From an uncultured Gammaproteobacteria bacterium (lineage in GTDB: Bacteria; Patescibacteriota; Patescibacteriia; Veblenbacterales; UBA10138), in NCBI GenBank assembly GCA_964453605.1, contig CAYVOI010000001.1, positions 612,095 to 676,094 on the forward strand: a stretch of DNA of 64,000 nucleotides, in the 5' to 3' direction. Shown piece by piece: positions 35,261 to 45,231 of this stretch. Each line of letters begins with the position of its first letter. Position 1 is the first letter of the stretch. Below the pieces are notes generated by a model that was given only the letters and a program-made list of their open reading frames with translations, was not told the origin of the DNA and searched no databases. A program made the translations under genes and the position numbers.

Positions 35261-36334
35261 ATGCTGTTTGAACCTCGCTGGGAGTACCTGGGGCTCGACA
35301 TTAGCGACCGGTCCTTAAAGGCGGTACAGCTCAGACGCACGTTCCGGGGCCACCTCGCCCTCAAAGGCTTGGCACATATTGACCTACCGGCTGGTGTCAT
35401 CACCGATGGTGACATCGCCAACGCCGCCCAGTTCGACGACTACCTCCGTCGCCTGCTCACGCACCCACAGGTGGGTACGTTCACCACCACCTACACCGTA
35501 GCCTCACTACCCGAAACCAAAACGTTCATTAAGCTCATCGACATTCCCCCCATGGCCCCCGAAGAAATTGGGGAGGCGGTTCGCTGGGAAGCTGAGCACC
35601 ACATTCCCATACCCATCGAGGAAACCTACTGGGACTGGCAACGTGTGGGGGCTCCAACTGGCAACGCGCGTCTGCCTATTCTCCTCGGCGTGGCGCCCAA
35701 AACGATTGTTGATTCCTACACAGCAGCACTCACCGCGGCTGGGCTCTTCCCCACCGCCTTAGAAATTGAAGCCGTAGCCATTAGCCGGAGCTTGCTGCCG
35801 CTGGCAGAGGTAAAGAGCCCCACCGCCACCATTATCATCGACATCGGCGCCACCCGTACCGGACTCATCCTGCTTGACCAGGGCACCATTCAGTTCACCG
35901 TCTCGCTGCCCCTGTCTGGCCGTAAGATCACCGAAACCATCGCCCAGAGCCTTTCCTTGAGTGAGGGCGAAGCGGAGAAAGCCAAAATCCTCTGCGGGCT
36001 TGACCCCAAAAAGTGCCATGGCTCCATGGCTACTATCCTGCACCAGGTTATGGACGAGCTCTTGGCGCGTATTCGCGACGCCATGAGTTTCTACCAGGAG
36101 CACTTCCCCCATAGCCACACCGTGGGACAGGTGCAGCTCTGCGGCGGCGGCGCCAACTTTAGGGCGATTGACAACTACCTGGCGGGGGAGCTCAAGCTCA
36201 AAATCGTCCGCGGTAACCCCTGGCAAAACCTCGAACCAGCCCGCGCGCCCCTCAAGCCCAGCGAACTCTTGTCGTTCACGACCGCCATAGGCCTGGCGCT
36301 CAGACCCACCAACCTAGCTCCAAACCATGATTAG
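35261..36334 (+). CDS. pilM: Pilus alignment protein PilM
   Basis: GLDISD, EAEHHIP, IIDIGATRT, LCGGGA, AIGLALR. Confidence 0.92.
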   Translation: MLFEPRWEYLGLDISDRSLKAVQLRRTFRGHLALKGLAHIDLPAGVITDGDIANAAQFDDYLRRLLTHPQVGTFTTTYTVASLPETKTFIKLIDIPPMAPEEIGEAVRWEAEHHIPIPIEETYWDWQRVGAPTGNARLPILLGVAPKTIVDSYTAALTAAGLFPTALEIEAVAISRSLLPLAEVKSPTATIIIDIGATRTGLILLDQGTIQFTVSLPLSGRKITETIAQSLSLSEGEAEKAKILCGLDPKKCHGSMATILHQVMDELLARIRDAMSFYQEHFPHSHTVGQVQLCGGGANFRAIDNYLAGELKLKIVRGNPWQNLEPARAPLKPSELLSFTTAIGLALRPTNLAPNHD

Positions 36335-36863
36335 CTTAAACCTCCTCCCACCGGCGCAAAAAGCCAACCTCCGCTACGACCACACCTACCTCTACCTTCG
36401 CTACGTAGTGTCGGTGGTACTGGTTGCTACCGTCGTCATTGCCGGCATACTACTGGGCGCTCGACTGCTGCTGCAAAACCACTACCTCGAGCTCCTGACG
36501 AGCTCTAGCCTGGTGAACGAGCACAACCGCGGCGTCGACCGTGAAATCAGTGATCTCAACCAAAAGCTCAAGCAAGCTAGGACCATTCAAGCCGACTTCG
36601 TCAAGTGGTCGGGAGTACTGGTGAGCTTAGCCCAAACCATTCCCCCCAACGTCCAGATTTCCTACCTCAACATCGAGCAGAACTCTAAGACCGTATCCCT
36701 AAGCGGGGTAGCACAAACCCGCGACGACTACCTCAAGCTCAAGAGCAACCTTGAGGCCCTGCCCTACCTAGCGAACGTTTCAGCGCCGTTCAGTAGCATC
36801 CTCAAGCCCACCAACGTTAAGTTCGACCTCAACGCTCAACTCAACCCTGAGCACCTGCCGTAG
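36327..36863 (+). CDS. pilN: Pilus alignment protein PilN
   Basis: N-terminal LNLLP, one TM, IPPNV..LSGVA. Confidence 0.85.
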   Translation: MISLNLLPPAQKANLRYDHTYLYLRYVVSVVLVATVVIAGILLGARLLLQNHYLELLTSSSLVNEHNRGVDREISDLNQKLKQARTIQADFVKWSGVLVSLAQTIPPNVQISYLNIEQNSKTVSLSGVAQTRDDYLKLKSNLEALPYLANVSAPFSSILKPTNVKFDLNAQLNPEHLP

Positions 36864-36864
36864 T

Positions 36865-37416
36865 ATGCACCTCTCCGCCCGCGCCAAAATGAATGCCTCC
36901 CTAGGCCTCAGCCTGGCGGCGCTGGCTGCCCTGGTAGCGTTTATTATTTGGCCAAGCGTCGACGATATCAAATCCCTGAACCAGGTAATTGAGGGCCAGC
37001 AGGCCGAGCTCGAGCAGCTCTACACCAAGGGCCGCAGTATTAAGCAAACCCTAGAAGAGTACCGGCAGGTGAAACCCACGGTGACCACTCTCAACAACAT
37101 CTACGTCAAGCGCGGCGAAGAACTGAAGCTCATAACAACCCTGGAGCAGGTAGCTCACGACCAGGGGGTCCAGCAAGACCTCACCCAAGCCAGCTCAGGC
37201 GACGAACCCCAGGGGAACACGCTCCAGCTCCAGCTCCACGTCACCGGTACCCTCCCCAAGCTCATTACCTACCTCGGCGCGCTCGAGGCGCTAGACTACT
37301 ACCTCAACATCAACCTGGTCCGCTTGAACACCAACCAGCCGGCCGCTGGCACTGTCACGTCTGGCTCGCCTCAGCTGTCCGCTATTTTCTTAACCACCGC
37401 CTACCTCACACCATGA
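36865..37416 (+). CDS. pilO: PilO-like protein
   Basis: TM + coiled coil + GT...YLGALE; follows pilN. Confidence 0.7.
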   Translation: MHLSARAKMNASLGLSLAALAALVAFIIWPSVDDIKSLNQVIEGQQAELEQLYTKGRSIKQTLEEYRQVKPTVTTLNNIYVKRGEELKLITTLEQVAHDQGVQQDLTQASSGDEPQGNTLQLQLHVTGTLPKLITYLGALEALDYYLNINLVRLNTNQPAAGTVTSGSPQLSAIFLTTAYLTP

Positions 37417-37763
37417 AGCTCACGCTCCACCCCGCACACCTGCCCAAGGTTTCCCTTGGTCGCCTGCTCCGCTGGCTGCCGCTCGCTACCATGGCGCTGC
37501 TGCTCGCCATCTTAGGCTGGTGCCTGGCGTTCCTCTACCAGTACTTCTACCAAACCATCTCTGACGTTAAAGTTGTCCGCACACTGCAGAACCAGGTCAG
37601 CCGAGGACAAATTAACCTGCCGCTCTACCAAGAGGTCTTAGGCAGCTGGCAGAAGAAAAAAGAGTTTAGCCCTGAGCAGGTAGCGGGCTTGCACGACCCC
37701 TTCAGCCCACCCGCCGCAGCCCCGCCCAGCCCTACGCCACCTGCTCCCACCCCTGCTCCCTAA
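37413..37763 (+). CDS. Membrane-anchored protein with Pro-rich tail at the pilP position
   Basis: One TM, DPF motif, Pro-rich C-terminus. Confidence 0.6.
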   Translation: MKLTLHPAHLPKVSLGRLLRWLPLATMALLLAILGWCLAFLYQYFYQTISDVKVVRTLQNQVSRGQINLPLYQEVLGSWQKKKEFSPEQVAGLHDPFSPPAAAPPSPTPPAPTPAP

Positions 37764-37767
37764 AGCA

Positions 37768-37797
37768 AAAACCATCCCGCCGCGGCGGGATGGTTTT
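37768..37797. terminator. Bidirectional terminator
   Basis: Perfect 30-bp palindrome AAAACCATCCCGCCG|CGGCGGGATGGTTTT between convergent genes. Confidence 0.85.
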
Positions 37798-37807
37798 ATA
37801 ATTCAAA

Positions 37808-38047
37808 CTAGACCGGCACAACCTCGGTTACTTGGGGCAGGGCTTTCTTGAGCGCCTCTTCCAGGCCGAACTTCAGGGTGATAACCGACATGGCGCAGTG
37901 CTCACACGTGCCTTGGAGAGAAACCAGCACCCGGCCAGTGTCGGGCTCAAAATCTACCAAGCTAATGTGCCCGCCGTGGCCGGTAACGTAGGGCTCGGCC
38001 TCGGCGAGTACTGATTGAATTTTAGATACTACCTCAGTCTGCTCCAT
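37808..38047 (-). CDS. NifU/NfuA C-terminal domain Fe-S carrier
   Basis: PYVTGHGGHISLV, GTCEHCAMSVITLKFGLE. Confidence 0.9.
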   Translation of the reverse strand: MEQTEVVSKIQSVLAEAEPYVTGHGGHISLVDFEPDTGRVLVSLQGTCEHCAMSVITLKFGLEEALKKALPQVTEVVPV

Positions 38048-38085
38048 AAAGGCAGTATACCACACGAGACGCTTTGTATGCCTGG

Positions 38086-38395
38086 AATAATAAAAGCGTA
38101 GGGGCTCATAAAAAACCCACTACGCTTATGTTGCACCCCCAAACCCATAGGGGGCTTTGTTCGACGAGCCGGCGAGTGCAGTGCCGAACCTCTTGCTGTG
38201 TACAGCAGTTCTGCGTAGTGCTCCTCGGCGGGGGTAATCAGGCCTTGTTACCTGATTTTCTCCAACCCAGCTTCCTCGGCTGGTGCAGCCACTAGGCACC
38301 AACGATGTTGATGTTTGGGTTTTGGTGCCTACCCGTAGGCAGGTGATCCCGGCAAGGCTGCCGTGGGCAAACAACGGATAATGATTGTGGGTGGC
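38086..38395 (-). ncRNA. Candidate ncRNA B (~310 nt)
   Basis: Promoter at 38402-38430, at least 6 hairpins including a cUACGg tetraloop, terminator 38095-38126 with G-U pairs and U tail. Confidence 0.6.
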
Positions 38396-38401
38396 GGTGG
38401 T

Positions 38402-38430
38402 ATGGTAATCCTTAAGGCGAAGACCGTCAA
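38402..38430 (-). promoter_or_regulatory. Sigma70 promoter of ncRNA B
   Basis: TTGACG-17-TACCAT. Confidence 0.6.
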
Positions 38431-38434
38431 CAAA

Positions 38435-38790
38435 CGAAAAACCCAGCGGACCGGCGGCGCTGGGGGGGTGTTGTGCGAGCAGGCAGCTCGCTGTTTTGAG
38501 CTTGAGACAAGTACAGAGTGAGCGGGGGGTGGATGCCCCAGACGATAGAAGGTTGGCCTGACGTAGCCGGTAGGCCTTACTGTGTTGATCGTATCGTATT
38601 CTCAGTCTGCTAGCTGTTAAGCTCCCGAAGTGCCATACCCCGATGGCGCTTGCCGCGTAGCTTCCAAACGCGGATTGTGTTGCGTGTGTTACGTGTCGCT
38701 CTGGGCGACGTGCAAGTGCTCGGAAGCTGAGCAGCAGGACCTCGCACTCGGCGAGGATTTTTGTTACCCGCATATAATGGGCAGGTAACA
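38435..38790 (-). ncRNA. Candidate ncRNA A (~355 nt)
   Basis: Promoter at 38795-38822, about 10 short hairpins joined by A/C-rich linkers, ends in GC stem 38442-38464 plus UUUUU. Confidence 0.65.
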
Positions 38791-38794
38791 CTTG

Positions 38795-38840
38795 AGTGTA
38801 GGTGATCTGAGCATTTTGTCAAGGGCTAAGCTGTGAATAA
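38795..38840 (-). promoter_or_regulatory. Sigma70 promoter of ncRNA A with upstream DnaA-box match
   Basis: TTGACA-16-TACACT; TTATTCACA at 38832-38840. Confidence 0.65.
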
Positions 38841-38852
38841 CCACCAGTAACC

Positions 38853-39602
38853 TCAAAGTTTACCCACAATAATCATTACCTGCGCGCCCTGTGCAACGTC
38901 GCCACCATTCCAATCGTGCACGGCCTGGCTCAAGACGCTCTGCTCGTAGCGGTAGCTTTCGCCGCGCCTGGTGCCCGGGTCATTGGTTATAAACTCGCTG
39001 CCCTGGTAGCCCTTAACGAGCAACATGTGGTACAAGGGCCCCGGCGCTTTGTAGTAAGGGTTACCTAAGCGACGGCCAAGGGCAGGGAGTAGCACCAGCT
39101 GCCGAGACGCCAGAGCAGTGCGCATAGCAGCCGCATCGTAGGGCACTACCTTGGCGCTGAGATGGTAGTAGTTTTTCAGAATGCCTGCCACCTCGGCTGC
39201 CGTGGTGTCCTCAAAAAACCCCAGGTGCTCTTTCTCCCAAGCCACCAGCTTCACAATTTCCTGGTCAGCGTAGGCGGGGTCAAGCTCGAGCGTTTTGTTG
39301 CCCTTAAAAAATTCAGCGGCCATGAGCATGCTGGCCTCTTCACAAGCGTCCTGGTACGGCTCGGCCCAGTTGGCAAACGGCGCCTGGGGCGTAAACGGCA
39401 CGGGCAGCACCACAATGCTGTGGGGCGGTTGAGTTGGAGTTGGGGCAGGGGCCTTAGGCGCAGTAGTAGGTACCGGGGCTGGGGCGGGCGCATTCACCGG
39501 CGGCGGCTGCAGCACAAGGTGTGGAGACTCAGCCTCAGCACAACCCAAGCCAACCAATGACAACCCGAGGACTACCAGACTAAGTTTTTCAAACCTCAAC
39601 AT
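38853..39602 (-). CDS. Exported C39-like cysteine peptidase
   Basis: Signal/lipobox, Pro-rich linker, FTPQAP..DACEEAS, YHMLLVKGY, NDPG. Confidence 0.85.
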   Translation of the reverse strand: MLRFEKLSLVVLGLSLVGLGCAEAESPHLVLQPPPVNAPAPAPVPTTAPKAPAPTPTQPPHSIVVLPVPFTPQAPFANWAEPYQDACEEASMLMAAEFFKGNKTLELDPAYADQEIVKLVAWEKEHLGFFEDTTAAEVAGILKNYYHLSAKVVPYDAAAMRTALASRQLVLLPALGRRLGNPYYKAPGPLYHMLLVKGYQGSEFITNDPGTRRGESYRYEQSVLSQAVHDWNGGDVAQGAQVMIIVGKL

Positions 39603-39646
39603 ACACCTATGGTAGCGTCGGCGCTCTGGTAGCGCAAACCTGACCC

Positions 39647-39675
39647 TTGACGAGGTTAACACCATACCCTATACT
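39647..39675 (+). promoter_or_regulatory. rpmA promoter
   Basis: TTGACG-17-TATACT. Confidence 0.7.
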
Positions 39676-39711
39676 AAACGACGTTGTTCCCTACTCGTTT
39701 CTAGACTACTT

Positions 39712-39996
39712 ATGGCACATACAAAGGCCGGTGGCTCCACAGCCCTGGGGCGCGATTCCGAAAGCAAGCGCTTAGGCGTTAAGCTTTTTGCTGGCCAATT
39801 TGCTAAAGCTGGCATGGTCATTGTCCGCCAGCGCGGTACCAAGTTCTTCCCTGGGCTTGGGGTTAAGAAGGGCGGGGACGATACCCTATTCGCTGCGACA
39901 AGCGGCGTGGTGCAGTTCCTCAAGAAGTGGCGCCGGGGCTACAACGGCAAGCTCAAACTCGCGAAGGTGGTTACAGTAGTTCCTCAGGAGAAGTAA
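39712..39996 (+). CDS. rpmA: 50S ribosomal protein L27
   Basis: [28 protein letters not shown]. Confidence 0.98.
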   Translation: MAHTKAGGSTALGRDSESKRLGVKLFAGQFAKAGMVIVRQRGTKFFPGLGVKKGGDDTLFAATSGVVQFLKKWRRGYNGKLKLAKVVTVVPQEK

Positions 39997-40022
39997 TCTG
40001 TTTAGTTTTATAGTTGAAATAC

Positions 40023-40049
40023 AAAGAGGCGCCCACCAGGCGCCCTTTT
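40023..40049 (+). terminator. rpmA terminator
   Basis: GGCGCC-cacca-GGCGCC then CTTTT. Confidence 0.6.
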
Positions 40050-40058
40050 CGTTATCCT

Positions 40059-40092
40059 ACCATTTACCCTTTCGCGCGAAAGGGTAAATGGT
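40059..40092. repeat. Perfect 34-bp palindrome
   Basis: ACCATTTACCCTTTCGC|GCGAAAGGGTAAATGGT. Confidence 0.9.
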
Positions 40093-40101
40093 TAAAATAT
40101 T

Positions 40102-40149
40102 AACGACAAGCTCGCGAAGGTGGTAACGGTCGTAGCACAGGAGAAATAA
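40102..40149 (+). pseudogene. Diverged duplicate of rpmA 3' end
   Basis: Encodes [15 protein letters not shown] versus [13 protein letters not shown] in rpmA. Confidence 0.85.
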
Positions 40150-40159
40150 ATTAGAATCT

Positions 40160-40190
40160 AAAATCGTCCGCCTATACGGCGGACGATTTT
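40160..40190. terminator. Bidirectional terminator
   Basis: AAAATCGTCCGCC-tatac-GGCGGACGATTTT. Confidence 0.8.
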
Positions 40191-40206
40191 GTATAATAAA
40201 CAGAGC

Positions 40207-40548
40207 TTACTTCTGGTCTGCTAACTCTAGGGACTCTACGCCGTACTCAAACGTGCCGCGCTCGAACTGGACCACTATAGGATACCTGTTCCCTGGATAA
40301 ACACCGTCGAGCGCCTCGTTGTAACCAACCACCTGTCCAACTTCAGGGTTATCAATCATTCTCACGGATGCTCCAGGAATAAAACCCGCGGCGCGGGCTC
40401 GGTCTACAGCGGCTTTCGTATTCTCTGCAGTATTACCTTGTTTTAGCTCTTTAGCCAAACGAAGCAGTTTCTCTAGGTCTTCAGGGTTCTGCGGCAGATG
40501 TTCAACCCCTAAACCAATCCCGGGATTCCTGTATTCCTTACTTGGCAT
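40207..40548 (-). CDS. Hypothetical protein with small SH3/KOW-like C-terminal domain
   Basis: FIPGASVRM..GQVVG..IVVQF pattern; ATG at 40548. Confidence 0.6.
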   Translation of the reverse strand: MPSKEYRNPGIGLGVEHLPQNPEDLEKLLRLAKELKQGNTAENTKAAVDRARAAGFIPGASVRMIDNPEVGQVVGYNEALDGVYPGNRYPIVVQFERGTFEYGVESLELADQK

Positions 40549-40601
40549 AAGAATGAAGTAAAGTGTAAGTGCCTTTAACGTACTACAACTATTCCGAAAA
40601 A

Positions 40602-41261
40602 TCAATCCTTTAACTTACGGTACCTTTCAAAAAACTGCCTCTTAACCCGACGGCTCACTTCGTCTACCACTTTAGCGCGTTTGGAAACCGGCGTGCGGCG
40701 GAGCAGTCTAATTTTTTCCACCGCGGCCCGTTTGAGCTGGGCTCGCCAGCGCTTGTCTTTGAGCGCTAACAAACTATATGCCAGATCCTCTCGCTCAAGC
40801 GCTACACGATTTTTACTGTAGCGTAAAGGTGAGCCATCAAACTCCACACCCATCACCTTAGCCTTGGCGCCAAAAATTTTCCGCGCTAGTGCTTTCATCT
40901 TTTGCTCGCGGCTACGCTCGCAAAAGTAGAGCATTCTGCTTTTCCCTACCATGCGCTTTACAGCCAGCATGTTCTCTAGTGCCGAAAGCTCCCTAACGCA
41001 AGGCTTAATCTTCCAGCTGTTACTCAGCCCCAAACCTCGCACTCGCGGTTGCAACCACTTAGTAATCTCCCCTGCCTCGGTCCGGCGGTAGGGTGCGAAC
41101 AAATCCGTCGGCCCACCGACGGGCATAATGGTCAGCGATTGTTTGCGATACCCCTCCCACAAATAGTTAAACACCTGCACCAGGTAGGCGTGGTACCCAA
41201 GGTCGGTAAAAATATCTCTCGGCACGCCGTAACCGTTGACGGCAGCAAATAATTTTTTCAT
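40602..41261 (-). CDS. Hypothetical basic protein, possibly YdcF/DUF218-like
   Basis: GG.T...TEA and S..EN motifs. Confidence 0.55.
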   Translation of the reverse strand: MKKLFAAVNGYGVPRDIFTDLGYHAYLVQVFNYLWEGYRKQSLTIMPVGGPTDLFAPYRRTEAGEITKWLQPRVRGLGLSNSWKIKPCVRELSALENMLAVKRMVGKSRMLYFCERSREQKMKALARKIFGAKAKVMGVEFDGSPLRYSKNRVALEREDLAYSLLALKDKRWRAQLKRAAVEKIRLLRRTPVSKRAKVVDEVSRRVKRQFFERYRKLKD

Positions 41262-41282
41262 ACACTGAAATCGTATCAAAAG

Positions 41283-41726
41283 TCAAATGTCATGCTTCAA
41301 CACTTCCACAGCTTCGCCTAAAATATCCAGGTCTTTTTTCTTCTCCTCGCGGGGTAACATTGAATACCGCTCACGCTGCTCTGAAGATGCAGTGGCAGAA
41401 TTACGATCAAGCCAAAAATCGTGAATTAAATAAAGCACATCTCTCAACTTTTCTATGGCCACCTTAGCGGATGCCACATTCTCCTCTCTCCAGTCTCGTG
41501 GTAAATCTACAAAATTGGTATTTGCAATGTCCAGCTCAGTCTGACCGCCGTGAGCAGCAATCCACTCCTCGTCATTCGTGGATTTAATACGTTTCTCATA
41601 AATACCATCCTTATCTTTTCGCCGCTCTCGCCAATTCTCGTGCATGCCCGACGCAAGCTCTTCAATTAATTTTGTCATGGCTGCCTCGCGCTGGCGCTCC
41701 GGTGAGTTAGTATATGATTCTGACAT
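41283..41726 (-). CDS. Hypothetical protein with RyR-repeat-like motifs
   Basis: LASGMHENW..FVDLP and IHDFW..YSMLPREEKKKD. Confidence 0.55.
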   Translation of the reverse strand: MSESYTNSPERQREAAMTKLIEELASGMHENWRERRKDKDGIYEKRIKSTNDEEWIAAHGGQTELDIANTNFVDLPRDWREENVASAKVAIEKLRDVLYLIHDFWLDRNSATASSEQRERYSMLPREEKKKDLDILGEAVEVLKHDI

Positions 41727-41747
41727 ATTCTTGATGAAAAATATTAG

Positions 41748-43872
<2,125 letters not shown>

Positions 43873-43876
43873 AGAG

Positions 43877-45151
43877 CTAGCGCGTCAGGAGCTCGAGCGC
43901 GCGCTCGAGCTGGGGGTCTAACCCCTTGTCCGCATCTTCTTTGGTGAGCTTGACCTCGATGTCGGGCGTGAGCCCATTCTTGTCAATCGAGCGACCTTTG
44001 GGCGTAAACCACTTAGCAATGGTGAGCTTGACCTCAGAACCGTCTCCGAACTGCTGAATGTCTTGCACCGAGCCCTTGCCAAAGGTCTGCTCACCCACCA
44101 CGGTGGCAAGCTTGTAGTCCTGGAGCGCACCGGTGACTATTTCCGAGGCCGAGGCCGAGCCTTGGTTCACCAGCACCACCGTAGGCACACCAGCCAGGTC
44201 CCCGGGCCCAACGCTCTGGTGAGCGGTAAACTGCGGTGGCTGGCCCTGCTCTTTCACAATCACACCTTTACCTACCCAGTGGCTGGAGAGCGCAATGGCT
44301 TGGCTCAGGTACCCTCCGGGGTCGTTCCGTAAGTCGAGCACAATACCTTTGGGGGCCCTGCCCACCAGCGCGGCCCACTGTTCCCTAAACTTGACGTCAG
44401 TGTCTTCGGCAAAGTGCACCACCCTGAGGTAAGCCACCTGGCCGCGGCCTTCAGGCAGCGGCTTGAGCTCACCCCTAACGGCGGGGACGTCAATACGGGC
44501 ACGCGTAAGCTCAATAACTTTTGGCTCACTCTCGCCTGCCCGCTCGATTACGAGCGTGACCTTAGTGCCGTGGGGTCCACGAATGAGCGAGACGGCGTAG
44601 TCCACGGCGATGCCGGTGGTGTCGAGCTTATCAATGGCTACAATCCTGTCCCCGGCCCTCAAGCCCGCTCGCTCGGCCGGCGTACCAGGGAGCGGCGCAA
44701 TGACCGTGAGGTGCCCTTCCTTAATACCAATTTCCGCGCCAATGCCTTCGAACTTGCCCTCGAGCTCTTGGGCAAAGCTCTTGGCCGTTTCGGGATCCAT
44801 GAACACCGAGTAGGGGTCCCCTAAGCCCCCGACCATACCCTGCAGCGCGCCGTAGAACAGCTTGGTGTCGGGCACTGGGTGCTCAAGGTAGTTATCGTGC
44901 ACGTAGTCCCAGACTTTCCAGAACAGTGAGAAGTCGACGTCTTTGGTGAGGTAGGCGGGTAGCGGCTGGTTGGTGTTGGTGAGGTGGCCCGACACGCTAC
45001 TGCCTGGTGTGCTCTGTACCGTGGCCCCCCCGAGCCAACCCAAAGCAAAACTCAAGATAACAAAAATCGCCACCAGGGTGGCGGGCACAACCCGCTGTGC
45101 GCGGGCTTTCGTAAACGGACTGGGAAGCGGGGTCAGTGGTGAGAAGTTCAT
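43877..45151 (-). CDS. ctpA: C-terminal processing protease, S41 family, with PDZ
   Basis: DPYS, FEGIG, DLRNDPGG, SASASEI, TFGKGSVQ. Confidence 0.93.
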   Translation of the reverse strand: MNFSPLTPLPSPFTKARAQRVVPATLVAIFVILSFALGWLGGATVQSTPGSSVSGHLTNTNQPLPAYLTKDVDFSLFWKVWDYVHDNYLEHPVPDTKLFYGALQGMVGGLGDPYSVFMDPETAKSFAQELEGKFEGIGAEIGIKEGHLTVIAPLPGTPAERAGLRAGDRIVAIDKLDTTGIAVDYAVSLIRGPHGTKVTLVIERAGESEPKVIELTRARIDVPAVRGELKPLPEGRGQVAYLRVVHFAEDTDVKFREQWAALVGRAPKGIVLDLRNDPGGYLSQAIALSSHWVGKGVIVKEQGQPPQFTAHQSVGPGDLAGVPTVVLVNQGSASASEIVTGALQDYKLATVVGEQTFGKGSVQDIQQFGDGSEVKLTIAKWFTPKGRSIDKNGLTPDIEVKLTKEDADKGLDPQLERALELLTR

Positions 45152-45231
45152 GGCCAAACAAAAAATACCTGGCACTGAGTGTAGCACGCCCTGGAGCTCA
45201 CGGTCAAAAACGGGGCCTCGGAGCCTCCCCT

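Noticed and set aside
38325-38349. Resemblance to 16S rRNA (GGATCACCT, CCTACGGG)
   Set aside because: Only 8-9 nt matches in the wrong order; explained by a UACG tetraloop hairpin.
38086-38790. tmRNA, RNase P RNA, CsrB-type sponge or CRISPR array
   Set aside because: No tRNA-like ends, no GAGGAAAGUCC/P4 partner, few GGA loops and no repeated unit. A divergent RNase P still needs a covariance-model test.
38126-38791. 221-aa minus-strand ORF spanning the ncRNA candidates
   Set aside because: No recognisable motif, atypical composition, and it crosses an internal terminator and promoter. Not fully excluded, because it begins near the predicted TSS.
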